A stretch of DNA of 44,431 nt from positions 1 to 44,431 of the forward strand of contig CACZRG010000056.1 of NCBI GenBank assembly GCA_902783485.1, given 5' to 3'. This document shows positions 1-7,836 of this stretch, piece after piece. Below the pieces are notes generated by a model. It was not told the DNA's origin. It did no database searches and worked only from the letters and a program-made list of their open reading frames with translations. Origin of the DNA: an uncultured Elusimicrobium sp. (GTDB lineage Bacteria; Elusimicrobiota; Elusimicrobia; Elusimicrobiales; UBA9959). How positions within the stretch are numbered: the stretch's first letter is position 1; each line of letters begins with the position of its first letter. The position numbers and the translations under genes are program-made.

Positions 1-81
1 ATCAAGACGCAGAGCCTCCGCGCGGCCTGAAAATATAAGCACTGCCGCAGACAGTAATATAGCAGAGAAACGAAAGCGCAT
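1..81 (-). CDS. N-terminal fragment of an exported hypothetical protein (truncated by window edge)
   Basis: A reverse-strand ATG at 79-81 opens the frame MRFRFSAILLSAAVLIFSGRAEALRLD, which looks like a signal peptide and runs off the window. It is absent from the ORF track because it is partial. Confidence 0.4.
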   Translation of the reverse strand, partial: MRFRFSAILLSAAVLIFSGRAEALRLD

Positions 82-219
82 AATAAAATTATAACAAAAT
101 ATAAGGAAGTTATATGCCTGCAGCATATCTACTCTGCATAATAACAGATATTGATTTTTGTTTATTTGTTTTATACCATAGAAATTAAAACAGGCATTTA
201 CCGCAAAAGGAGAAAACTT

Positions 220-1176
220 ATGAAATTTATATTATCCCTGTTATCTGCTTTTTTTATCTGTACGCCGCTTATGGCGCAAAACAGTCTTCTCGAAAACACT
301 AACAGACGCATTGATGAAATTTCTGCTTCTGTAATGGACATAGAAGCCCGTTACTGGGCAGACAGAGTAAAAAAAGACAACAGCTTATCAATAGAACAGC
401 TTGAGAAAAATTCAGGGAACTGGGCCGGCTCTGAAAAATCAAACAAAAAACTTTTATCACTGACAAAAAAATATCTTAAATCAGGAAAAGATATTACACT
501 TACAAAGGAAGAACTTTCCCGTCTGAATGAAAGCAAGGAAAAGATCAGAAATTTTTTAAATTCCCCGGAAGGGAATATCAAAAAACAACGTGATGAGAAA
601 ATTGATGAAATTACTTCACGGGTGCGCGATATTAAAGCAAGACAGCTTGCCTTAAATATCAAGGCCAAACAGACAACACTCCAGGAGCTGAAGAAAAATT
701 CCAGAAACCAGCTTGGCTCAGACAAAGAAAATGCCGCCCTGCTTGCCCTGACTGAAAAATATCTTAATTCCGGTAAAACCATTACAATAAACGAAGATGA
801 ATGGGACAGGCTTGATGAAAGTAACAGGCAGGTGCGCACTTTTCTGAATAATGGTAAAGAAACTGATTCTGACAAAAAAAGAATTTTGGAAAACAAAAAA
901 TTAAGAAAAATATACGAATCTGTATTTGAGATAGAAGCACGCTACTGGGCATACAGAATAGAATACGGGAAAGATATTACTTTCGAGCAGCTCTCACTGA
1001 ACAGTATAAGCTGGCCAGGTGAACATTCCTATAACCAGAAACTTATAAATAAAATTGCCGAAAACATAAAAACCGGAAATACCAGAAGGCCTGATGAAAA
1101 AGAACAGAAAAAACTGGACAAAGCTAAAGAAAAAATACGGAAACTTCTTTCAGCAGGCAGAAAAAACAACAAATAG
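220..1176 (+). CDS. Secreted hypothetical protein built of three ~95-aa tandem repeats
   Basis: AAGGAG at 207-212 precedes the ATG at 220. The N-terminus MKFILSLLSAFFICTPLMAQ is a signal peptide. The 151 start in the ORF track is an unlikely upstream extension. Three repeats share IDEI..ARYWA...L..NS......LL.LT.KYL.SGK.IT......L.ES...R.FL. Confidence 0.8.
   Translation: MKFILSLLSAFFICTPLMAQNSLLENTNRRIDEISASVMDIEARYWADRVKKDNSLSIEQLEKNSGNWAGSEKSNKKLLSLTKKYLKSGKDITLTKEELSRLNESKEKIRNFLNSPEGNIKKQRDEKIDEITSRVRDIKARQLALNIKAKQTTLQELKKNSRNQLGSDKENAALLALTEKYLNSGKTITINEDEWDRLDESNRQVRTFLNNGKETDSDKKRILENKKLRKIYESVFEIEARYWAYRIEYGKDITFEQLSLNSISWPGEHSYNQKLINKIAENIKTGNTRRPDEKEQKKLDKAKEKIRKLLSAGRKNNK
304..1176 (+). 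repeat. Coding tandem repeat, 3 x ~95 aa (about 285 nt each), diverged
   Basis: The repeat units start near RRIDEISASVMDIEARYWA, DEKIDEITSRVRDIKARQLA and LRKIYESVFEIEARYWA. Each ends with an (E/A)K(E/I)(K)IR.(F/L)L-type helix. Confidence 0.7.
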
Positions 1177-1193
1177 GAAACAGCAGAAAGAAA

Positions 1194-1227
1194 TAAAAAA
1201 AACCGCCATTACAGGCGGTTTTTTTAT
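1194..1227. terminator. Bidirectional rho-independent terminator
   Basis: An A-run is followed by the stem ACCGCC/GGCGGT (1202-1207/1214-1219) and a T-run at 1219-1225. It lies directly after the stop of the 220-1176 CDS. Confidence 0.8.
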
Positions 1228-1229
1228 CC

Positions 1230-1372
1230 GGAGAGGGAGGGATTTCGCCTTCCGGTCTGCCTCCTTATGTTTCCGGCAGCCTGCAGGCCCGGCTCAATAA
1301 AATTTCCATGCCATAAATTTTATTTCCGCCTTTCGAATCCCTGAAACGGTACACCGTACCGTTTCACTCTCC
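1230..1372 (-). other. tRNA-Ser-derived, tRNA-like structured element (possible pseudo-tRNA, att remnant or small RNA)
   Basis: On the minus strand it begins GGAGAGT and ends GAAATCCCTCCCTCTCCG, giving complementary acceptor-like ends and a T-arm-like 3' part. It contains two perfect 10-bp hairpins on plus-strand coordinates 1343-1365 and 1296-1324. It shares a 16-nt exact repeat (1229-1244) with the 3' end of the true tRNA-Ser (1407-1422). Confidence 0.4.
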
Positions 1373-1378
1373 GTGAAT

Positions 1379-1403
1379 AAAAAAACCGCTTTCGCGGTTT
1401 TTT
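1379..1403 (-). terminator. Rho-independent terminator directly after tRNA-Ser
   Basis: The minus strand reads AAAAAAACCGCGAAAGCGGTTTTTTT immediately 3' of the encoded CCA. Confidence 0.75.
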
Positions 1404-1491
1404 TGGCGGAGAGGGAGGGATTCGAACCCTCGAAGGTGTTACCCTTACAGGTTTTCGAGACCTGCTGTTTCAACCGCTCACACACCTCTCC
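1404..1491 (-). tRNA. tRNA-Ser (anticodon CGA), class II with long variable arm, CCA encoded
   Basis: The minus-strand sequence is GGAGAGGTGTGTGAGCGGTTGAAACAGCAGGTCTCGAAAACCTGTAAGGGTAACACCTTCGAGGGTTCGAATCCCTCCCTCTCCGCCA. It folds with a 7-bp acceptor stem, a CAGGT/ACCTG anticodon stem, loop CTCGAAA and T-arm GAGGG-TTCGAAT-CCCTC. Confidence 0.92.
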
Positions 1492-1538
1492 GTAAAGTGT
1501 TTTGCGGTACGCCTTGGCGCATACATATTATAGTATAT

Positions 1539-2156
1539 TCAGAATGACTTAAAAAGAGCCAGCTGTTTTGCAGGGGCTTCCCAGCCTATGCCGTCCAATG
1601 TTTCTTTTACTATGCGCTCCGCCCATTCGCGCCGCATTTCACTTGTGGGCTTATCCAGCGTTACATGAGGTACATTCATTTCTGCCAGCACCTCATTCAG
1701 CATATCATAAATATCCTTCTGGAACTGCTGGTTCTCAACTTCACGTATGCCATCATCAACAAGCTCGCCCACAAGAGGCAGCTTGTAAATAACATCGTAC
1801 GGAAATTTTTCAGCATAGTCTTTTATGAAACGTCTGACAAATTCCTGACGGCCACAGCGCCGCTCCATATAAACCAGGTTATCAAATACGCTCCTGTCGC
1901 ATATTACAACCTGGTATTTACGTATATCCGCACGGAGCTCTTCAGAAATATGCTGCATCATTATGAACATCTGCGCCGGCAGGGTTGTTTTTTCGTTTAT
2001 AGGAATACCCTGCTCAAAAGCCTGTGTAGCTATTTCCGAAAACACCTTAACCTTCAGGCCAAGTTTCTTGAGCATGGCTGCCACTTCAAAACAAAGCGTA
2101 GTCTTTCCTGTTCCATGTGTTGAAATCAATGCTATCTTGTAAGTTCTGTTTTCCAT
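1539..2156 (-). CDS. P-loop NTPase (AAA_28/NadR-kinase-like ATP-binding protein)
   Basis: A Walker A motif ISTHGTGKTT lies near the N-terminus and a Walker B-like motif is VVICDRS. The preferred start is MENRTYK (ATG 2154-2156), 13 nt after the upstream stop. The ORF-track start at 2204 would overlap the upstream gene. Confidence 0.65.
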   Translation of the reverse strand: MENRTYKIALISTHGTGKTTLCFEVAAMLKKLGLKVKVFSEIATQAFEQGIPINEKTTLPAQMFIMMQHISEELRADIRKYQVVICDRSVFDNLVYMERRCGRQEFVRRFIKDYAEKFPYDVIYKLPLVGELVDDGIREVENQQFQKDIYDMLNEVLAEMNVPHVTLDKPTSEMRREWAERIVKETLDGIGWEAPAKQLALFKSF

Positions 2157-2169
2157 AATTTCATTAAAA

Positions 2170-3276
2170 TCAGTAAACGCCACCGGCAGTATTGCCTGGT
2201 ACATTTCTTATTGTCATCCCTGTATTCCTGCCGCCGGAATTGCCGCTGTCATCATAATATACCTGTCCGCGGGAAAGATATCCGGTCTGAACGAGTGTCT
2301 GCACTATATTTGAATTATCAACCACAACCGGTTCAAGAAGCATTGAAGGAATCTGCCCCTTGCCGTTGTACATTATGGAATTAGATGGCGGCGGTTCTCC
2401 TATAGCCATGCTCATCGCAGCACCTATGGCAGCGGTTGCAAGATTGTGTGAATCTTTAAAAACTGTCATTGTCTGCATTCCACGCATTATACGGTGCACC
2501 GCCTCCACATCGGCATCCTGCCCGCTTACAGGCACAAGCCCAGCTATATGATGTTTTTTAAGTGCCCGTATAACACCACCCGCAGTTGAATCGTTGGGAG
2601 CTATTACGGCATGAATATCGTTGTTATATCTGTTCAGTACTTCCTCTGTTATTTTTTCAGCCACGTCGCTGTCCCAGTCCTCAACCGGCACATCAGCTAC
2701 TATTTTTATCATACCTGATTCTTCAGCAGGGCCAAGTATCTTCAAAGCTCCATCATGAAAGAGTTTTGCATTGTTATCTGTAAGGGCACCGGAAAGAACC
2801 ATGTAATTTCCCCTCGGCGCCTTCCTGAGTATATATCCTGCCTGTAATTCTCCGACCTTGATATTGTTAAAAGAAACATAAAGATCCACATCAGCACCAA
2901 GGACAAGACGGTCATAGGAAATTACTTTCACTCCCATAGCTACGGCCTTATCAACTATAGATGCTGCGGCTCTTGCATCATGCGGAGCCAGTATCAGTAC
3001 ATTTATGTTTTTTTTCAGAAGTGCGTCGCACTGATTTTCCTGTACAGCTGAATTATTCTCTGAAATTTCAGTATAGAGTTCCGCGTCCGCAGTTGATGCA
3101 GCCTCCTTAAGATACTGCAGATCCCTCTGCCACCGCGCTTCTCTCGTTGTAGGTATGGAAAGCCCTATGCGGACCCGCTCTTTTTTCTTCTTGAAAAAAA
3201 CTGCGAGCGGATTCTGTCCACTGCATCCGGATAATACCGTTATAACAAGCAGACAAGCGAGAATTTTTCTGAACAT
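2170..3276 (-). CDS. Periplasmic sugar-binding lipoprotein, XylF-like (type 1 PBP, ABC substrate-binding protein)
   Basis: A lipobox LSGC is present. Collinear similarity to D-xylose-binding protein motifs includes RIGLSIPT..ARWQRD, ISYDRL, YVSFNN.KVGELQA, DNNAKLF, PNDSTAGG, VSGQDAD and GMQTMTVFK. The ATG at 3276 (MFRKIL) is preferred over the TTG at 3291. Confidence 0.8.
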   Translation of the reverse strand: MFRKILACLLVITVLSGCSGQNPLAVFFKKKKERVRIGLSIPTTREARWQRDLQYLKEAASTADAELYTEISENNSAVQENQCDALLKKNINVLILAPHDARAAASIVDKAVAMGVKVISYDRLVLGADVDLYVSFNNIKVGELQAGYILRKAPRGNYMVLSGALTDNNAKLFHDGALKILGPAEESGMIKIVADVPVEDWDSDVAEKITEEVLNRYNNDIHAVIAPNDSTAGGVIRALKKHHIAGLVPVSGQDADVEAVHRIMRGMQTMTVFKDSHNLATAAIGAAMSMAIGEPPPSNSIMYNGKGQIPSMLLEPVVVDNSNIVQTLVQTGYLSRGQVYYDDSGNSGGRNTGMTIRNVPGNTAGGVY

Positions 3277-3298
3277 ATATAAACTATACAAAATTTCT

Positions 3299-3304
3299 TA
3301 TAAT
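3299..3304 (+). promoter_or_regulatory. Possible -10 box (TATAAT) that would give a leaderless mRNA for the downstream CDS
   Basis: A perfect TATAAT sits 6 nt upstream of the ATG at 3311. No convincing -35 box or SD sequence is visible. Confidence 0.3.
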
Positions 3305-3310
3305 TGATTT

Positions 3311-4078
3311 ATGGCAAATGAAACAGCACATGGTCTGGAGTTTTTTGAAAATATATATAAAAAATGGAACAGGCCAGGATATATACACCCTGACCCTCTT
3401 GAATTCCTGCACAGATATAAGAAACCGGAGGATCAGGAAACTGTTGCCCTGATAGCCGCCTGTCTGGCATATGGCAATGTGAAGCAGATACTTAAAAGTA
3501 CGGAAAAAGCTGTCTCATTAATAAAACAAAGCCCGGCTGAACAGCTTGACCGCTTTACCGAAACAGGTCTTAAGGAAGCATGCAGGAACTTCAAACACCG
3601 TTTTACAACTGGTTCCGAACTTGCTGTATTTATGCTGAACATAAGAGAGGCAAGAAAAAAGTACGGCAGCCTTCAGAACCTTTTTGTCAAAGGAGACATA
3701 CCGGAAAATGAAACAGTAGAACAGGGTCTTTATAATTTTATTAATGCCTTTAATGTTCTGGGGCGCGCCCCATCCCTTACACCGGATCCGGCGCTGAAAA
3801 GTTCCTTCAAGCGTATAAATCTGTTTCTGCGGTGGATGGTACGCAAAGATAGTGTTGACATCGGGATATGGGCAAAGATTTCACCATCACGGCTGATAAT
3901 CCCGCTTGACACCCATATGAGGCAGGTGGCACTGAATCTCGGGCTGACAAAAAGGAAAGATACTTCCATGAAAACAGCCCTTGAAATAACAGCAGCATTC
4001 CGCAAAATCAATCCGGCTGACCCGGTAAAATATGATTTTGCTCTCACTAGAGCCGGAATCAGGGGCGAAGATGATTAA
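3311..4078 (+). CDS. DUF2400/TIGR02757-family-like conserved hypothetical protein
   Basis: The ORF is 255 aa. The motifs HPDPLEFLHRY and ALIAACLAYGNVKQI and the overall length match my recollection of this family. No search was run. Confidence 0.6.
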   Translation: MANETAHGLEFFENIYKKWNRPGYIHPDPLEFLHRYKKPEDQETVALIAACLAYGNVKQILKSTEKAVSLIKQSPAEQLDRFTETGLKEACRNFKHRFTTGSELAVFMLNIREARKKYGSLQNLFVKGDIPENETVEQGLYNFINAFNVLGRAPSLTPDPALKSSFKRINLFLRWMVRKDSVDIGIWAKISPSRLIIPLDTHMRQVALNLGLTKRKDTSMKTALEITAAFRKINPADPVKYDFALTRAGIRGEDD

Positions 4079-4154
4079 TCCGTCCTTATTTTTTGATATA
4101 CTTTAACACAGAACCAGCCACAATGTGGCAGCAGCAGATCACAGGAGAAACATA

Positions 4155-4916
4155 ATGTTTTCCACAGTCACCCCCATAGTTATTGTTCTATCAGTAATTC
4201 TCTTCTCATGCATACATATTCTCAAGGAATATGAACGTGGCGTTGTGCTTACACTCGGGCGTTTTACAGGTGTAAAGGGTCCTGGACTTATTTTCCTTAT
4301 TCCGGGAATACAGCAGATGTTCCGTGTCAGCACACGCGTAGTTGTTCTTGATGTTCCTCCCCAGGATATCATAACCCGGGACAATATTTCCGTGAAAGTG
4401 AACGCTGTTGTATATTTCCGTGTTATAAACCCACAGCACGCTATTCTAAATGTTGAGGATTTCATGTATGCCACAAGCCAGCTTGCACAGACCACACTGC
4501 GGAGTGTTCTGGGACAGCAGGAATTAGACGATCTGCTTACTAACAGGGACAAGATAAACCAGAATCTTCAGGAAATTCTGGACCAGCACACAGAACCATG
4601 GGGCATAAAGGTTTCCAGTGTAGAAGTGAAGAATGTGGATATACCACAGGAAATGCAGCGTGCAATGGCAAAACAGGCAGAGGCCGAACGCGAACGCCGT
4701 GCAAAGATAATTCATGCCGAAGGTGAACTCCAGGCTGCCGAGAAACTTAGCGAAGCTGCCGCCATAATAGGACGCCAGCCCGCCACGCTCCAGCTGCGCT
4801 ATCTTCAGACACTTACTGAAATAGCAACAGACAAGAATTCTACAACAATATTCCCGTTACCAATGGACCTGATAAGCCTGTTCATGGATAAAAACAGGCA
4901 GAACAGTCTGAAGTAA
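4155..4916 (+). CDS. SPFH/band-7 (stomatin-like, slipin) membrane protein
   Basis: AGGAG at 4143-4147 precedes the ATG at 4155. There is an N-terminal TM segment. The stomatin core reads [28 protein letters not shown]...[31 protein letters not shown]. Confidence 0.9.
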   Translation: MFSTVTPIVIVLSVILFSCIHILKEYERGVVLTLGRFTGVKGPGLIFLIPGIQQMFRVSTRVVVLDVPPQDIITRDNISVKVNAVVYFRVINPQHAILNVEDFMYATSQLAQTTLRSVLGQQELDDLLTNRDKINQNLQEILDQHTEPWGIKVSSVEVKNVDIPQEMQRAMAKQAEAERERRAKIIHAEGELQAAEKLSEAAAIIGRQPATLQLRYLQTLTEIATDKNSTTIFPLPMDLISLFMDKNRQNSLK

Positions 4917-4922
4917 AAAAAC

Positions 4923-6011
4923 GTGCGCGGGCTCTATATACATGTACCGTTCTGCAGCAGGAAATGTGATTACTGCGATTTTACTTCATATGCGGACCGT
5001 GTAAAAGACATCGACGCATATCTTGAAGCGCTCCGGGTGGAGGCAGCACTTTATGCGGAACTGCATGGCACATTCGATACAGTATATATAGGTGGCGGCA
5101 CCCCGACACTGCTTTCCGCTCACCAGTTAAAACAGCTTGTCTCTGTGACAGAAACACTCACCGGTGACAGTCTGTTAAAAGAATTTACAATGGAAGCAAA
5201 TCCGGAAAGCGTGACAGCGGAAAAAGCGGATATTCTTATCAGCAGCGGTGTAAACCGTATAAGCATAGGTCTGCAGAGCAGCAGACCGGAACTGCTGAAA
5301 AAAATAGGCAGAACTGTATCGCCAGAAAAATTTGCCCAGGCATGGAGTGTATTCCGGAATGCAGGTTTCCGAAATATGAACGCAGATCTTATGACCGGAC
5401 TGCCGGGACAAACACTGGATGATTTCAGGGAATCAGTAAAATTCCTGTCAGACTTCAAACCTGAACATCTTTCGCTTTACCCTCTTGAAGTACATGAAGA
5501 CACTCCTTTGGGCAAATCAGGAGCAGAAGAAAATCCTGACGGTGCGGCTGATATGTATGATGAAGCATGCCGGATTCTTCCGGCAGCAGGACTTGAAAGG
5601 TATGAGATTTCCAGTTTCGCAAAAAAAGGATATGAAAGCAGACATAATCTGCATTACTGGCTACAGGAAGAATACCTTGGGCTTGGCCCGGCTGCGGCTT
5701 CATATATAAACGGAGAGAGAAGAACAACAACTTCCTCGCTTGATTTATGGATGAAAGAACTTTCGAATGGCAGATTTCCCTCCTGTACGTCGCGTGAGAC
5801 TTTAAAAGGCAGGGAAAAGGATGCGGAAAAACTTATTTTAGGATTACGTCTCGCAGGGGGAATTGAAATTCCCTCAAATATATTTATAGAATTTAAAAAA
5901 GAGTTCGGTTCAGAAACTGCCAGGGAATTCCTGGATATTCAAGGCTGCCGCATAAAACTGAAACCTGACAGAATGTATCTGGCAAACCGGATTTTTACAG
6001 AGTTAATTTAA
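4923..6011 (+). CDS. hemW: Radical SAM heme chaperone HemW (HemN-like, oxygen-independent coproporphyrinogen oxidase family)
   Basis: The start is GTG. The sequence LYIHVPFCSRKCDYCDF carries the CxxxCxxC radical SAM cluster motif. GGGTP and a HemN C-terminal domain are also present. Confidence 0.88.
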   Translation: MRGLYIHVPFCSRKCDYCDFTSYADRVKDIDAYLEALRVEAALYAELHGTFDTVYIGGGTPTLLSAHQLKQLVSVTETLTGDSLLKEFTMEANPESVTAEKADILISSGVNRISIGLQSSRPELLKKIGRTVSPEKFAQAWSVFRNAGFRNMNADLMTGLPGQTLDDFRESVKFLSDFKPEHLSLYPLEVHEDTPLGKSGAEENPDGAADMYDEACRILPAAGLERYEISSFAKKGYESRHNLHYWLQEEYLGLGPAAASYINGERRTTTSSLDLWMKELSNGRFPSCTSRETLKGREKDAEKLILGLRLAGGIEIPSNIFIEFKKEFGSETAREFLDIQGCRIKLKPDRMYLANRIFTELI

Positions 6012-6020
6012 GAGGCGCTT

Positions 6021-6326
6021 ATGCAAAAAACACAGTGGCCAAAGGATTATTACAAAATAGCGTTTATTCTCGGCGTTATGACTGCAGGTTTTATAATAAC
6101 TTCACTCGGGCAGTCATGGAACCGGGATGATATGGCTCTTCTGCAGTCATATATCAAAGAAATGAAAGTGGAACAGGACAGACCAAGGCTCCTGAAGCCT
6201 GCCGGACAGCCACAGGAGAGAAGTTCCACTACTGCGCAGACAAAAATCATAAACAAATACTACAAGATGGAACCGACTGGCACGGCAGTGCCTGGACTTC
6301 CCGGAGGAACAAATGAAAAAAAATAG
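6021..6326 (+). CDS. Small single-pass membrane protein, hypothetical
   Basis: The ORF is 101 aa with one TM segment (IAFILGVMTAGFIITSL). It lies 9 nt after the hemW stop and overlaps the next CDS by 14 nt. Confidence 0.55.
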   Translation: MQKTQWPKDYYKIAFILGVMTAGFIITSLGQSWNRDDMALLQSYIKEMKVEQDRPRLLKPAGQPQERSSTTAQTKIINKYYKMEPTGTAVPGLPGGTNEKK

Positions 6327-7002
6327 ACTTTTTCTTACTGCCGTCACAGCAGGAGTAATTATGTTCCTTGCCGGAACGCTGACAGCTGCCCCAGCCGGTT
6401 TCCAGAGTTCAGCTAACCGTAAAGCACAGGAACAGGCTGTTTCCAATGAAAGTGGCACAGAGCAGAACACCGTAATGCTGGTGGACACTTCCGCCATAAA
6501 AATAGTCACAAACAAAAAAGGCGAACACGGCTTCCAGCTGAAAAATCTGGATGTACTCTGGGGCACAAGAGCGGCCTGCTGCGCCATTGTAGCTTTGTTT
6601 CTGAACATAATTTTAGGCTGTGTACCAAAGAAATCCAAACAGACTCTCACTGTGCTGTTTTTTATAGCCGGTGCGGCTTTTGTCACAGGTTTCTATCCTA
6701 TGGGTATATCCTATATGATTTATGAATGGAATCCCACATATGGTCTCGCCTCTGCCGCAGCCGGTCTCTTCCTTACTATTATCAAGATAGTCCTGATTCT
6801 TATGCTGATAAAGAAAATAAAGGAAATCCGCAAAACAGAAAACGCTCCGGATGGACAGATTCCAAATATTTTCCCCGGTGCGGACAATGGAAAACCAGAC
6901 GGAACTGAAGGCGTAAAATTCAACACAGACAGTGGTGATTTTAAAATGCCGGACATATTCCCTGGGAACCAGCAGCCACCTGCTCCTCCCGGACAGAAAT
7001 AA
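6313..7002 (+). CDS. Multi-pass membrane protein, hypothetical, with Pro/Gly-rich C-terminal tail
   Basis: A strong GGAGG at 6303-6307 precedes the ATG at 6313. The protein has a signal/TM segment and about 3 further TM segments. The tail carries a duplicated motif, IPNIFPG and MPDIFPG. Confidence 0.7.
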   Translation: MKKNRLFLTAVTAGVIMFLAGTLTAAPAGFQSSANRKAQEQAVSNESGTEQNTVMLVDTSAIKIVTNKKGEHGFQLKNLDVLWGTRAACCAIVALFLNIILGCVPKKSKQTLTVLFFIAGAAFVTGFYPMGISYMIYEWNPTYGLASAAAGLFLTIIKIVLILMLIKKIKEIRKTENAPDGQIPNIFPGADNGKPDGTEGVKFNTDSGDFKMPDIFPGNQQPPAPPGQK

Positions 7003-7009
7003 CCAGATC

Positions 7010-7034
7010 AAAAAGCCCCTTACCGGGGCTTTTT
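7010..7034 (+). terminator. Rho-independent terminator
   Basis: The sequence AAAAAGCCCCTTACCGGGGCTTTTT lies directly after the stop at 7002. Confidence 0.85.
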
Positions 7035-7272
7035 AATTTGAAATCTCCGCCACAGCTTAACACACAGGAAACAGATTTTTGACATGGGCATAAAAACATA
7101 CAATTCTCGATCCCGACGAATCATAAAAAAATGCTTTCCTACAGCTTATTACGGATATGATACGTAACCCGGATAAGCAGCAAAATGCTAAATATCTCAG
7201 GATTACAGTTAAATGATTTGTAAAAATTTTCATTATTTTATAAATTATATATAGATGTATATGGAGGACCTT

Positions 7273-7821
7273 ATGAAAAAACTGAATTTACTGTCTTTTA
7301 CAGCTGCGGTTATAATGGCACTGACAATAACAGCATGCAGTGGAAAGAACACAAAAAACGATGACGCAGCAGCCAAAGCGCAGGCTGAAGTAGCAGCTGC
7401 GGAGCAGGATTCCGCCGCAGAGGTTGAAGACGAAGATTTCGAGGAAGGCGCAGAAGCCGACATACGCGACACAAAATCCTTCGCCCCGGAAAGCCGGCTG
7501 AAGGCTATTCCTTTCGGCTATGACAAATATGCTCTCACAGACGAAGCCCGCGCCATAATGAGAGATAATGCCGGTATTCTCAACAGCAATAAGGAATGGA
7601 CAATTGTTGTTGAAGGCTACTGTGACAACCGCGGTACAGCAGAATACAATCTCTCCCTTGGACAGAAACGTGCTAATTCCGTGCGCGATTATTACCTGCG
7701 TCTCGGTGTAAAACCAGACAAGATCGGCACAATATCTTACGGCGTGGAAAATCCGGTATGTACTGATGACACGGAGGAATGCTGGAAACAGAACCGCCGC
7801 GCTGAGACAAAAGTAAAATAA
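7273..7821 (+). CDS. pal: Peptidoglycan-associated lipoprotein Pal (OmpA-family C-terminal domain)
   Basis: GGAGG at 7263-7267 precedes the ATG at 7273. The lipobox is LTITAC. The OmpA-like domain reads [12 protein letters not shown]...[30 protein letters not shown]...NRRAE. Confidence 0.9.
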   Translation: [182 protein letters not shown]

Positions 7822-7836
7822 AAAGGGATATTCAGG

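Noticed and set aside
1230-1372. The possibility that the structured element is an SRP (4.5S) RNA or tmRNA
   Set aside because: GACCGGAAGG superficially recalls the SRP domain IV GGAA loop, but the conserved symmetric-loop context (CAGG...GGAAGCAGCC) is absent. The element is also far too short and lacks a tag ORF for tmRNA. It is kept only as a tRNA-derived or unknown element.
1094-1485. ORFs 1094-1300 (+) and 1294-1485 (-) in the tRNA-Ser region
   Set aside because: They run through two rho-independent terminators and the tRNA-Ser gene itself, so they are non-coding.
6147-6686. A 179-aa minus-strand ORF overlapping the 6021-7002 plus-strand genes
   Set aside because: The plus-strand CDS at 6313 has a strong GGAGG RBS, a signal peptide and TM segments. 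The minus-strand ORF has no start context and conflicts with the local operon direction.
7037-7254. The 250-nt hemW-operon/pal spacer as a possible riboswitch or sRNA locus
   Set aside because: It is AT-rich with only weak promoter-like hexamers (TTGACA with a 14-nt spacer to TACAAT, and TTGTAA-17-TAAATT). I could recognise no conserved structured motif. It most likely holds just the pal promoter region.
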